54,022 bases of DNA from Verrucomicrobiia bacterium (GCA_036268155.1 DATAUQ010000042.1:1-54022); one strand, 5' to 3'. Numbered from the stretch's first letter, positions 1-8,852 are shown. Notes: generated by a model from the letters alone, not told the origin. Numbers and translations: made by a program.

Positions 1-623
1 GGAAATCTTCCGGCGAAAAACCAAACACGCTTTTTCCATCCGCGCCGGACAACCAAACTTCCGTCACGCACGTTCCTGACGCCAGCCGCGTCCAGGACAA
101 AATCACTTTGGCGGAAACGCTCGCGCTCACGCGGACGAATTTTGATTATTACGCGTTGCAACTCGGCAACCACGTTCTTGGCGGCGGATTTTACGCAACG
201 TGGTTGTATCGCGATTTGCGCGAGAAAAGTGGGCTGGTTTATTTTGTGGACTCGTCGTTCAACATCGGCCAGACGCGCGGCGTTTATCAGGTTGAATATG
301 CCTGCGACCCGCAGAATGTTTTCAAGGCGCGCGCGGTGATCTTGAACGACTTGAAGGAAATCCAGACGCAGCCGGTTTCCGCGCACGAATTGTATCAGGC
401 GAAATTGATGCTGTTGCGTGACATCCCGCTGTTTGAATCGTCCGTGGATTACATCGCGCAAGTCTGGCTCAAATACTCTTCGCTCGACATGCCCTTGGAC
501 GAGCCGATCCACGCAGGGAAAATTTACGCGCAATTGACGACGAACGACGTGCAAAACGCTTTTGCAAAATGGATTCGCCCGAACGACCTCGCGCAAGTGA
601 CGCAAGGGCCGGCACCACAATGA
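1..623 (+). CDS. M16 (pitrilysin/insulinase) family peptidase, C-terminal part; the 5' end lies outside the window
   Basis: The reading frame is open from the window edge, with no stop before the listed TTG at 108. The segment LGGGFYATWLYRDLREKSGLVYFVDSSF fits the conserved M16 C-terminal domain pattern. Confidence 0.6.
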   Translation, partial: KSSGEKPNTLFPSAPDNQTSVTHVPDASRVQDKITLAETLALTRTNFDYYALQLGNHVLGGGFYATWLYRDLREKSGLVYFVDSSFNIGQTRGVYQVEYACDPQNVFKARAVILNDLKEIQTQPVSAHELYQAKLMLLRDIPLFESSVDYIAQVWLKYSSLDMPLDEPIHAGKIYAQLTTNDVQNAFAKWIRPNDLAQVTQGPAPQ

Positions 624-747
624 GACAGCCGGAGAATTTAGCCGCCGGTCTTTCCAGTCGTGGAAAATTTATTTCTGTTCGCGTGGAATTATTTCGAGCG
701 CATTTCTATTGTTGCGTGTCGAACCCCAATGACGGAGACTAAAAATC

Positions 748-1161
748 ATGGACACGAATATGAGCACAAACAACGCGAGCAAGAACGTTCTGAATTCGGA
801 CGTTGAAATCAAGGGCAACATCAAATTCGCCGGCGAACTGACCTTCGAGGGCAAGCTGGACGGTGAAATCAACACGGACGGCATATTGACCCTCGGCGAC
901 GGTGCGGTCGTCAATGGCAACATCAACGCGCAGTCCGTCGTGGTGCGCGGCAAGGTCAACGGCAACATCAACGCCAAGGAAAAAATCGAGATCAAGGCCA
1001 AGGCTGAGGTGTTCGGCGACATTCGCGCCACGAAACTCGCCATCGAGGAAGGCGTGACTTTCGTCGGCAAAACGGAAGTCAACCCGAACAAGGTTGCGCC
1101 CACCGCGCCGCCGGCTCGTCCGGCTGAACCGCCGAAATTTTCCGAACCAATCAAGCGTTGA
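748..1161 (+). CDS. Bactofilin (polymer-forming cytoskeletal protein, DUF583)
   Basis: It shows the repetitive beta-helix pattern VEIKGNIKFAGELTFEGKLDGEINTDG...VVVRGKVNGNINAKEKIEIKAKAEVFGDIRATKLAIEEGVTFVG, followed by a Pro-rich tail. Confidence 0.85.
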   Translation: MDTNMSTNNASKNVLNSDVEIKGNIKFAGELTFEGKLDGEINTDGILTLGDGAVVNGNINAQSVVVRGKVNGNINAKEKIEIKAKAEVFGDIRATKLAIEEGVTFVGKTEVNPNKVAPTAPPARPAEPPKFSEPIKR

Positions 1162-1187
1162 ACCGGCGGGCGAGGAATCCACATTGA

Positions 1188-1901
1188 ATGCCGGCAACGA
1201 AACAGGACAAAGTCCTGGTGGCCTGCCCTCATTGCGGCCACCAGCAGCCTGAACCGCGCGCCGCATTTTCCACCAATTGCAAAAAGTGCGGGCAGCATTT
1301 CCACGTTCAGGAAGCTCTCAATCCGGCGCGGAAAAAATCCGCGCGCGCGCTGGACCTGCGACGCATCGTTTGCTTCGAGTGCGGCGCGGAACTGGATATT
1401 CCCGCCAGCGCCGAGTCCACCATGTGCAAGAAGTGCAGCCGTTATCTGGATTTGCACGATTACCACATCAACAATGCCGTCGCCAAAAATTTCAAGACCA
1501 AGGGCGCGTTCACGGTTGAACCAAAAGGTTATGTTTTCAATACTGAAACCATCGGCGGCGAAGTTGTCATCAAAGGAAAATTTCACGGCAAACTCGCGGC
1601 GGAACAATCACTGACAATTTATTCCACCGCCGAGATCAAAGGCAGCCTGACCGCCGCGCATTTGATCATCCCGGCGGAAAATCATTTCCGCTGGCCGGAC
1701 ATCATCAAGATCGGCTCGGCGGAAATTGCGGGAGAACTGGCGGCCAATTTGCACGCGAGCGGAACCGTCACCTTGAAATCCACCGCGCGATTCTTCGGCA
1801 ATCTGGATGCCGCGAATTTGGTCGTTGAAACGGGCGCGGTGGTCGTCGGGAAAATGAATATCGGTTCACAAGCCCGCAACGAACAGAACCGGCTCCTTTG
1901 A
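1188..1901 (+). CDS. Bactofilin-domain protein with two N-terminal CxxC...CxxC zinc ribbons
   Basis: The N-terminus carries CPHCGH..CKKCGQ and CFECGA..CKKCSR. The C-terminal half (GGEVVIKGKFHGKLAAEQSLTIYSTAEIKGSLTAAHLII...GNLDAANLVVETGAVVVGKMNIG) is bactofilin-like. Confidence 0.75.
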   Translation: MPATKQDKVLVACPHCGHQQPEPRAAFSTNCKKCGQHFHVQEALNPARKKSARALDLRRIVCFECGAELDIPASAESTMCKKCSRYLDLHDYHINNAVAKNFKTKGAFTVEPKGYVFNTETIGGEVVIKGKFHGKLAAEQSLTIYSTAEIKGSLTAAHLIIPAENHFRWPDIIKIGSAEIAGELAANLHASGTVTLKSTARFFGNLDAANLVVETGAVVVGKMNIGSQARNEQNRLL

Positions 1902-1953
1902 CTCCGCGCTTGCAAATTGAACATAATCGGTTTCGATTACCACTGACAATCGC

Positions 1954-2364
1954 ATGAGCGCATTTCCCGTCAGCCTCGAAAAAGCAAGCCAACTCGCCGC
2001 GCGCATGGTCGCGCTCAACGTGCGCGAGGCGGACATCGAGGAATCTTTTGTCCGCTCCGGCGGACACGGCGGACAGAACGTGAACAAGGTTTCCACCTGC
2101 GTCATGCTGCTGCATCGTCCGACCGGCGTGCAGGTGAAATGTCAGGCGACGCGCCAGCAGGGAATGAACCGCTTCATCGCGCGCCGGTTACTGCTCGACA
2201 AAATCGAAGAATGGAAAATTGGCTTCGTCGCCGCGCGCCGCGCCGAGATCGAAAAAATTCGACGCCAGAAACGCAAGCGTTCCCGCCGCGCAAAAAACAA
2301 AATGCTCGCCGACAAATCTCATCACTCGGCCAAAAAGGAATTGCGCCGCTCGACGGCGGATTAG
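1954..2364 (+). CDS. arfB: ArfB-like peptidyl-tRNA hydrolase (class I release-factor GGQ domain with a basic tail)
   Basis: It has the GGQ motif ([14 protein letters not shown]), is short (136 aa), and ends in a Lys/Arg-rich C-terminal tail as in E. coli ArfB/YaeJ. Confidence 0.75.
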   Translation: MSAFPVSLEKASQLAARMVALNVREADIEESFVRSGGHGGQNVNKVSTCVMLLHRPTGVQVKCQATRQQGMNRFIARRLLLDKIEEWKIGFVAARRAEIEKIRRQKRKRSRRAKNKMLADKSHHSAKKELRRSTAD

Positions 2365-2409
2365 CGAATCATTGCCGTTAACCTAATGCGCCACTAAACT
2401 CGGCGGCAA

Positions 2410-4002
2410 ATGAATGGAGTGGTTGAAATCTTCGTAGGACTGTTGCTCGCCGTGGCGGTGCTGGCGCTGGTCGCGCGCAAACTGCACATCCCTTATCCGA
2501 TTTTATTCGTCATCGGCGGACTGCTGCTCGGCTCGATTCATGGACTGCCGCAAGTCCGGCTCAATCCAGAACTGGTCTTTTTTTTATTTCTGCCGCCGCT
2601 TTTGTTTCCGGCGGCGCTGTTCACTTCGTGGCGCGATTTTCGCCTGAATCTCCGTCCCATTTCATTGCTCGCCATCGGATTGGTTTTGTTCACCACGGTG
2701 GCCGTCGCGTATCTCGCGCATTATTTTCTGCGCCTGCCGCTCGCCGCGGGATTTGTTTTGGGCGCGATCATTTCACCGCCCGATGCGATCGCGGCGACGG
2801 CGATTGCCGAACGTCTGAAAGTGCCGCGCCGCATCGTGACAATTGTGGAAGGCGAAAGTCTGGTCAATGATGCGACTGCGCTCGTCGCGTATCGTTTTGC
2901 CGTCGCTGCCGTATTGAGCGGTTCATTTTCGTTGGCACAGGCGAGCGGACAATTTTTTATCGTGGGCATCGGCGGAATTCTCATCGGCCTGGCGGTCGGC
3001 TGGCTGGCGCAACAATTTCACAAGCGCGTGGATGATGCGCCGATTGAGATCACCGTCTCGCTGCTGACGCCGTTTGTCGCGTATTTGGCCGCAGAGCGAT
3101 TCCATGTTTCCGGCGTGCTCGCGGTCGTCGTCGCCGGTTTATATCTGGGCCGACGAATGCCTGAACTCCTCACGTTCAAGACGCGGCTACAGGGCGGGCC
3201 GGTCTGGGAAATGGTGGAATTTCTGCTGAACGGCTTTGTCTTCATCCTCATCGGACTGCAACTGCCCGAAGTGCTGCATGCGTTGTCCGGACATGACATT
3301 CCGATTCAACGGCTCGTCTGGTATGCCTTGTTCATCAGTTTCGCGGTGATCCTCATCCGCATCCTGTGGGTTTTTCCGGCAGCGTATCTGCCGCGTCTGT
3401 TGTTCAAAAGCATTCGCAAACGCGATCCTTATCCTTCGTGGCGACACGTCACGCTCATCGGCTGGACGGCGATGCGCGGCGTGGTTTCGCTCGCGGCGGC
3501 GCTGGCGATTCCGCTCACGATCCAAAATGGCGATCCTTTCCCTGACCGCGATTTGATTTTGTTCCTCACCTTCATCGTGATCCTGGCGACGCTTGTCGTG
3601 CAAGGCTTGAGCCTGCCGCTGCTCATCCGCTGGCTCGGCGTCGAGGACGACGGCTCGATGGAAAAAGAAGAACGCGAAGCGCGCCTCAAGGCCAACCAGG
3701 CCGCGCTCGCCCGACTGAATGAAATCGGCGAAAACGAACCCGCAAAAACCGACGTGCTGCAGCGGTTGCGCATCGAATACGAAGACCACATCCGCCAGGT
3801 GGAAGGTGTCGAATTCAAAAACGCCGGCACGCCGATGCGTCTTTTTTCGTCCGAGTTTGAACGCCTTTCGCACGAGGCATTGCAGGTGGAGCGCCGGACA
3901 ATCCTGAAACTTCGGAACGAAGACGCCATCGCCGATGAAGTTTTGCGCCGTATCCAGCGGGACATTGATCTGGCTGAAGCGCGGTTGCAGCACCATCAGT
4001 GA
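2410..4002 (+). CDS. Na+/H+ antiporter, CPA1/NhaP type
   Basis: This is a 530-aa polytopic protein with a GESLVNDATALV motif and a cytoplasmic helical C-terminal domain, which is typical of bacterial NhaP-type exchangers. Confidence 0.85.
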   Translation: MNGVVEIFVGLLLAVAVLALVARKLHIPYPILFVIGGLLLGSIHGLPQVRLNPELVFFLFLPPLLFPAALFTSWRDFRLNLRPISLLAIGLVLFTTVAVAYLAHYFLRLPLAAGFVLGAIISPPDAIAATAIAERLKVPRRIVTIVEGESLVNDATALVAYRFAVAAVLSGSFSLAQASGQFFIVGIGGILIGLAVGWLAQQFHKRVDDAPIEITVSLLTPFVAYLAAERFHVSGVLAVVVAGLYLGRRMPELLTFKTRLQGGPVWEMVEFLLNGFVFILIGLQLPEVLHALSGHDIPIQRLVWYALFISFAVILIRILWVFPAAYLPRLLFKSIRKRDPYPSWRHVTLIGWTAMRGVVSLAAALAIPLTIQNGDPFPDRDLILFLTFIVILATLVVQGLSLPLLIRWLGVEDDGSMEKEEREARLKANQAALARLNEIGENEPAKTDVLQRLRIEYEDHIRQVEGVEFKNAGTPMRLFSSEFERLSHEALQVERRTILKLRNEDAIADEVLRRIQRDIDLAEARLQHHQ

Positions 4003-4042
4003 CGGCGGCGGCAAATTAATTTCAAGTCAGGTAACTGAAAAT

Positions 4043-4078
4043 AAAAAAGCGCGCCATCTCTGACGCGCTGGAATTTTG
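4043..4078. terminator. Candidate bidirectional terminator hairpin between convergent genes
   Basis: AAAAAAGCGCG-ccatctctga-CGCGCTggaATTTT forms a 6-bp GC stem (4048-4053 / 4064-4069), with an A-run upstream and a T-run downstream. Confidence 0.45.
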
Positions 4079-4092
4079 AAGACGTAAATAAT

Positions 4093-5544
4093 TTACGCCG
4101 GAACCGCCCGCGCCGCGCGGTCGGCCTTGCGCTGACTCAAGTTTTTGAAAAACTCAAAACCTTCGCGGCTGCGGCGCACGAGCACGTCCTTGTCTTCCAA
4201 CATCGTCTTGATGATGCGCAGAATGGGTTTCGGACGCATATAATAACCGTGGTAAAAGCGGTCCACTTCCTCGGCGATCTTGTCCTTGCTCAAGCCGGGA
4301 TATTCCAGCGAGCTGGCCTGCATGCCGCCAGTTTCAACGAGGTCGGTCTTGTCCTTGTTCGTGAACCAGCCGTTCTGCTTGGCCATCTCATAAAGCTCCG
4401 TGCCGGGATACGGCGCGGCGAGCGAGACCTGGATGCTGAACACGTCAAGTTCCTTCGCAAAGTCCATCGTGTTCTGGATGCTCTGTTGCGTCTCGACCGG
4501 CAGGCCGAGGATGAACGTGCCGTGGATAAGAACATCGGCCTTGTGACAATCCTTGGTGAACTGGCGCATCTCCGCCATGGTCACGCCCTTCTTGATGCGC
4601 GTCAGGATGTCGTCGTTGCCGCTTTCGTAGCCGACGAGGAACAGGCGAAGCCCGTTGTCCTTGAATTGCTTGATCGTGTCGTAATCAATGTTCGCACGGC
4701 TGTTGCAGGACCAGCAAAGGCCGAGCGGCGCAATTTTTTTGGCGATCTCCCGTGCGCGCGGCAAATTCGCGGTGAAGGTGTCGTCGTCGAAAAAGAATTC
4801 CTTCACTTCGGGGAAAACTTTTTTCGCGTAGGCCATTTCGTCAGCTACATTTTGCGCGGAACGGACGCGATACTTATGCCCGCCGATCGTCTGCGGCCAG
4901 AGACAGAACGTGCATTGGGCCGGACAACCGCGTCCGGTATACATGCTCATGTAGGGATGCTGCAGGTAACCGTTGAAATATTTCTGGATGTCCAGGTCGC
5001 GGCGGTAAACGTCCGCCACCCACGGCAGCACGTCCATGTCATGGATCAATTCGCGCTCGGCGTTGTGCTTGATCTTGCCGTCCTTGTCCTTGTAGGAAAG
5101 TCCGTTGATTCCGGAGAAATCGCGACCTTCGGAAACCTCCTTGCAAGTGTAATCAAATTCCTTTCGGCCGACCCAGTCAATCGCGGACGACGCCTTGAGC
5201 GTTTCCGTGGGCAGCACGGCGGCATGTGCGCCGACAAAGCCGATCTTCGTGTCGGGCTTCTGCGCCTTGATCGCCTCGGCCACCTTGCAATCGTTGCGCA
5301 ACGACGGCGTGCTGGTGTGGATGATGACGTGATCGTATTCCTTCGCGATGCGCAGGCATTCGTCCTTCTTGATGCCATGCGGCGGGCAGTCGAGCAACTT
5401 GCTGCCGGGCACAAGTGCGGCAGGTTGCGCGAGCCAGGTCGGATACCAGTAGCTGGTAACTTCGCGTTTCGTCTGGTAGCGCGCACCGGCGCCGCCGTCA
5501 TAACCGTCAAAACTAGGGGGTGAAAGGAATAGTGTTTTGCTCAT
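4093..5544 (-). CDS. hpnJ: Hopanoid-biosynthesis-associated B12-binding radical SAM protein HpnJ
   Basis: From the internal ATG at 5544 the product reads MSKTLFLSPPSFDGYDGGAGARYQTKREVTSYWYPTWLAQPAAL...YTGRGCPAQCTFCLWPQT. This is near-collinear with HpnJ (TIGR03471) as I remember it. The listed 774-aa ORF is an upstream read-through artefact. Confidence 0.9.
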   Translation of the reverse strand: MSKTLFLSPPSFDGYDGGAGARYQTKREVTSYWYPTWLAQPAALVPGSKLLDCPPHGIKKDECLRIAKEYDHVIIHTSTPSLRNDCKVAEAIKAQKPDTKIGFVGAHAAVLPTETLKASSAIDWVGRKEFDYTCKEVSEGRDFSGINGLSYKDKDGKIKHNAERELIHDMDVLPWVADVYRRDLDIQKYFNGYLQHPYMSMYTGRGCPAQCTFCLWPQTIGGHKYRVRSAQNVADEMAYAKKVFPEVKEFFFDDDTFTANLPRAREIAKKIAPLGLCWSCNSRANIDYDTIKQFKDNGLRLFLVGYESGNDDILTRIKKGVTMAEMRQFTKDCHKADVLIHGTFILGLPVETQQSIQNTMDFAKELDVFSIQVSLAAPYPGTELYEMAKQNGWFTNKDKTDLVETGGMQASSLEYPGLSKDKIAEEVDRFYHGYYMRPKPILRIIKTMLEDKDVLVRRSREGFEFFKNLSQRKADRAARAVPA

Positions 5545-5573
5545 TCGTGTTCTAAGTAATCGTTGGTGAAAAT

Positions 5574-6995
5574 TTATTCGGACTTCTTCGCGTCTTTGAT
5601 CTTCGCCAGCAAGTCGTCGCGTTCGCTGGTGTCGGTCGTGCCGCAGGAACTGCCGACGTGTGTATGGTGATCGTGATGAACTTCGTTCGCGAATGCGCCG
5701 CGCGCGCCGGCGGCCGGTGAATTGATCGCCGCCTTCGCCTCGGCCAGATGGCCCTTGCCGATGGTCACGCCGTTGAACGCGCGTTTCGCCAGTTCCGGCG
5801 AGGACGGAAACGGCTTTGGTTTCGCGCCGAAATTGTATTTGATGTTTTTCCAGTTGTCGCCGCTCTGGTAATTCGTGCCGAGCGCGCCGCTGGGATCGTA
5901 ACCGCAGTGAACCATGCAATGTTCGCAGCGCGGGTCGCGCGCGACGCCGTTGACGACGCCGTATTTTTCCCACTGAACTTTCGCGAGCATTTCCTGATAG
6001 CCGCCATAATGGCCGTCGGTCATCAAATAGCACGGCGCTTTCCAGCCCTTGACGTTGAACGTCGGAATCGCCCAAGCGGTGCAGGTGAGTTCGCGTTTGC
6101 CAGCGAGAAATTCTTGATAAACCGGCGTGCCGAAAATGGTGAACGCCTTGCCCCAATCCTGAATCTTGGCGAATTTCTGACGCGTCATGTCGCGCGTAAG
6201 GAAAAATTGTTTCGGATCTTTGCCGAGACGCGAAACCATGTCTTTCTTGGCTGCATCGTAATCGTAGCCGGGCGAAATCGTGTGGCCATCCACTTCGAGC
6301 GACGAGAGATACTTGAACATATCCTCGATTTCCGCCACGTCGGTTTCGCGATAAACAGTGGTGTTCGTCGCGACTTGATAGCCGCAAATTTTCGCCATCT
6401 TGATCGCCTCGACGCATTCTTTGAAAACGCCTTCGCGTTCGACAATCAAATCGTGCGTGAATTCCAGACCGTCAACGTGGACGTTCCAATACATCCATTT
6501 CGTTGGACGAATGACGATTTTTTTCTTCGCCGCGTCGTCGGATTTACGAATGACTTCGGCTTCTTTTTCAGAAATTAATTTTCCGTCGAGCAATTTTTTC
6601 AGCTTCGGTTCAAGTTCAGGCGAATAAATGGCCGCGAGATAATCGCGCATTTTTTTGCGCATGAACATTCCATTAGTGCAGATGTAAAGCACGCGGCCTT
6701 GTTCGAGCAGACCGGCGATGAGTTCCTCGATCTTGGGATAAATCAGCGGTTCGCCGCCGCAAATCGAAACCATCGGCGCTTCACATTCTACGGCGGCTTG
6801 CAAACATTGCTCCAGCGGCACCATGTCCTTGAGCGACGTGGAATATTCGCGGATGCGTCCGCAGCCGGTGCAGGTGAGATTGCAGGTGTGCAGCGGTTCG
6901 AGCTGCAGCACCATCGCAAATTTCGGCGTCTTGCGCAGTTTGTGCTTGATGATGTGGCTGGCGATTTTTTTGGTCAGCGCGAATGGAAAACGCAT
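5574..6995 (-). CDS. hpnH: Adenosyl-hopene transferase HpnH (radical SAM), with an internal insertion and a C-terminal extension
   Basis: The product MRFPFALTKKIASHIIKHKLRKTPKFAMVLQLEPLHTCNLTCTGCGRI...ICGGEPL...CMVHCGY matches HpnH. At 473 aa it is longer than the ~380-390 aa I recall for canonical HpnH. Confidence 0.85.
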   Translation of the reverse strand: MRFPFALTKKIASHIIKHKLRKTPKFAMVLQLEPLHTCNLTCTGCGRIREYSTSLKDMVPLEQCLQAAVECEAPMVSICGGEPLIYPKIEELIAGLLEQGRVLYICTNGMFMRKKMRDYLAAIYSPELEPKLKKLLDGKLISEKEAEVIRKSDDAAKKKIVIRPTKWMYWNVHVDGLEFTHDLIVEREGVFKECVEAIKMAKICGYQVATNTTVYRETDVAEIEDMFKYLSSLEVDGHTISPGYDYDAAKKDMVSRLGKDPKQFFLTRDMTRQKFAKIQDWGKAFTIFGTPVYQEFLAGKRELTCTAWAIPTFNVKGWKAPCYLMTDGHYGGYQEMLAKVQWEKYGVVNGVARDPRCEHCMVHCGYDPSGALGTNYQSGDNWKNIKYNFGAKPKPFPSSPELAKRAFNGVTIGKGHLAEAKAAINSPAAGARGAFANEVHHDHHTHVGSSCGTTDTSERDDLLAKIKDAKKSE

Positions 6996-6999
6996 AATT

Positions 7000-7212
7000 T
7001 TATTTTATGGAAGCAACCTCGGTCGAAATTTGCGGGAATGAAACCGGCGCATTCGTTGGCGCCGGGTCAGCCTTGATAAGATGCCCCGCGCCCGGCAACA
7101 AAAAATCCATGGGCGAAACGCTCGTGCCGGTGTTGATGCCGCTGCAACCGGCGCCAGCCAGCGCGAACCACGAGAGTATTGCCAGCAGAAGTAATTTGCG
7201 GTCTAATCTCAC
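7000..7212 (-). CDS. Small secreted or lipoprotein-like protein (70 aa), translationally coupled to hpnH
   Basis: A GTG at 7212 gives VRLDRKLLLLAILSWFALAGAGCSG..., a signal peptide with a Cys at the cleavage region (imperfect lipobox). Its stop lies 4 nt before the hpnH ATG. Only the distal 70 codons of the listed 187-aa ORF look real. Confidence 0.4.
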   Translation of the reverse strand: MRLDRKLLLLAILSWFALAGAGCSGINTGTSVSPMDFLLPGAGHLIKADPAPTNAPVSFPQISTEVASIK

Positions 7213-7236
7213 CTGCCCAGTATAAAACAGCCCGGC

Positions 7237-8013
7237 ATGATGGCAACTTTTTATTCCGAACCGAGCCGCGCAACGAAATGGAAATCTATAGCCGCCATTT
7301 TGATCCTTGCCGGCGGAATTCTGCTGGCCGGGGAGGAGCAAACGAAAATTTCCGCCGCTTTCGCCAGAAAGGAATTCGAGCGCGCCCAAATCCAGTTCCA
7401 GTCGGACAAAAATAATCCGACCAATGCGTGGCAGTTCGCCCGCGCCGCCTTTAACTTCGCCGAGTTTTCGACCAACGATACCCAGCGCGCCGCGCTCGCC
7501 AGCCTGGGCATCGCCGCGTGCCGCTCGCTCGTCGCACGCGAGCCGAAGCTGGCCGCCGGACATTATTATCTGGCGATGAACCTCGGCCAGCTCGCGCGCA
7601 CGGAATATCTCGGCGCGCTGGCGCTCGTCAAGGAGATGGAGCCGGAATTCATGACGGCGGGAAAGTTAGACCCGCTGCTTGACCATGCCGGCCCGGAACG
7701 CAATCTGGGTTTGCTTTACCGCGATGCGCCGGGCTGGCCCGTCAGCCTAGGCAATCCGTCCAAGGCGCAGTCGCTTTTGAAAGAGGCGGTCAAATTCGCG
7801 CCGGATTTTCCCGAAAATTATCTGCACCTCATCGAATCCTATTTGAAATGGAACGAACCCGACGACGCGAAAAAAGAATTGCACGCGCTCGACGCCATCT
7901 GGCCGGCAGCGCGGACGAACCTCATCGGCGATAAATGGGTGCAAAGCTGGGACAATTGGTCCACGCGTCGCGACGCCGCGCGCAAACAACTCGACGCGAT
8001 CCCGGCACCGTAG
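7237..8013 (+). CDS. Membrane-anchored helical-repeat (TPR-like) protein, function unknown
   Basis: It has an N-terminal TM segment (IAAILILAGGILLAG) followed by helical-repeat-like sequence (AWQFARAAFNFAEF..., GHYYLAMNLGQLA..., YLHLIESYLKW). I recognise no specific family. Confidence 0.6.
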   Translation: MMATFYSEPSRATKWKSIAAILILAGGILLAGEEQTKISAAFARKEFERAQIQFQSDKNNPTNAWQFARAAFNFAEFSTNDTQRAALASLGIAACRSLVAREPKLAAGHYYLAMNLGQLARTEYLGALALVKEMEPEFMTAGKLDPLLDHAGPERNLGLLYRDAPGWPVSLGNPSKAQSLLKEAVKFAPDFPENYLHLIESYLKWNEPDDAKKELHALDAIWPAARTNLIGDKWVQSWDNWSTRRDAARKQLDAIPAP

Positions 8014-8020
8014 AAATAAG

Positions 8021-8162
8021 TGGGATTATCCACATGACAAACAAACGGGATAAAACTGGTAGGGCGGGCAGTCCTCTGCCCGCCGAACGCGTGGATTGGC
8101 AAGAAGCGGCGCGCACGGAGTGACGCGCCCTACCCGGATTGTTTGTGAACAAGATAATCCCA
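8021..8162. mobile_element. MITE-like non-autonomous element (142 bp) with terminal inverted repeats and a flanking direct duplication
   Basis: TGGGATTATC (8021-8030) and GATAATCCCA (8153-8162) are perfect 10-bp TIRs, extending imperfectly to ~30 bp. GAAATAAG occurs directly on both outer sides (8013-8020, 8163-8170). An internal 9-bp hairpin GGCGGGCAG-tcct-CTGCCCGCC is present. Confidence 0.7.
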
Positions 8163-8251
8163 GAAATAAGCTGAAATTTTCTGTGGCTGTTAGCGGCCGG
8201 TTGATTTAACTTGCCGACTGACAATTGGAGTTGGAAAAAGTTTTCAGCCTC

Positions 8252-8836
8252 ATGGCAAAAAAACTCATAGCGGCATTGACCGATACGACCTTGTTTTTGC
8301 AGGAATGGTTCGCCAACCCGCAGCGGACAGGCTCGCTCGCGCCAAGTTCGCCGCAGCTCGCGGCGGCCATGGCCCACTGGCTGCCGTCCAATCCCGAAAG
8401 TTTCGTCCTTGAACTCGGCCCCGGCACCGGCGCGGTCACTGAAATGCTCATCAAACGCGGCCTGCGCGAAGACCGGCTCGTCGCCATCGAACGCAATCCG
8501 AAAATGGCGCGGCTGCTGCGCGAAAAATTTCCGCGCGCCCAGATCATCATCGGCGACGCCTGGAATCTGGATCATTTGCTTCGCAGCCGGCGCGAACCCA
8601 TTGAAAGCGTCGGCGCGGTCATCTCCAGCCTGCCGCTCCTGAATTTTCCGCACGCGGAAGCCGAAGCCCTCACGCAAAAAATCCGCGCCGTGCTGGAACC
8701 GCATGGCAACTGGGTCCAATACAGCTATCACCTCGGCAAAAAGCAGGTGCGCGGCGCGGCCAGCTTTCAACTGCGCGCCTCGAAAATCGTCTGGCTGAAT
8801 TTCCCGCCCGCCCGCGTCAGCGTTTTCCAAAAATAA
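8252..8836 (+). CDS. Class I SAM-dependent methyltransferase (COG3963 phospholipid N-methyltransferase-like)
   Basis: It carries the SAM-binding motif VLELGPGTGAVTE and the downstream IERNP...IIIGDA pattern. I prefer the ATG at 8252 to the listed TTG at 8225. Confidence 0.7.
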   Translation: MAKKLIAALTDTTLFLQEWFANPQRTGSLAPSSPQLAAAMAHWLPSNPESFVLELGPGTGAVTEMLIKRGLREDRLVAIERNPKMARLLREKFPRAQIIIGDAWNLDHLLRSRREPIESVGAVISSLPLLNFPHAEAEALTQKIRAVLEPHGNWVQYSYHLGKKQVRGAASFQLRASKIVWLNFPPARVSVFQK

Positions 8837-8852
8837 ATGTCACCGCGCTCCA

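Noticed and set aside
4249-5523. A 424-aa plus-strand ORF antisense to hpnJ. Similar long antisense ORFs lie at 11410-12402, 19492-20727, 26560-27786, 43318-44454, 48401-49315, 7922-8830, 13640-14263, 16744-17433, 35472-36155 and 37730-38398.
   Set aside because: Each lies opposite a gene with an unambiguous family match. Each has Arg/Ala/Gly-rich low-complexity composition, which is typical of stop-poor antisense frames in GC-rich DNA, and shows no recognisable motifs.
4093-6417. A 774-aa ORF on the minus strand spanning hpnJ and much of hpnH
   Set aside because: Only the distal 483 codons (from the ATG at 5544) match HpnJ. The upstream 290 codons are an Arg/Gly-rich out-of-frame read-through across hpnH, which has its own strong family match in another frame.
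7000-7563. A 187-aa minus-strand ORF overlapping the start of the TPR-like gene
   Set aside because: The upstream 117 codons overlap the plus-strand gene and look like antisense noise. Only the last 70 codons (GTG at 7212, signal peptide) are plausible, and that call is itself only moderate because it leaves a 24-bp divergent intergenic region.
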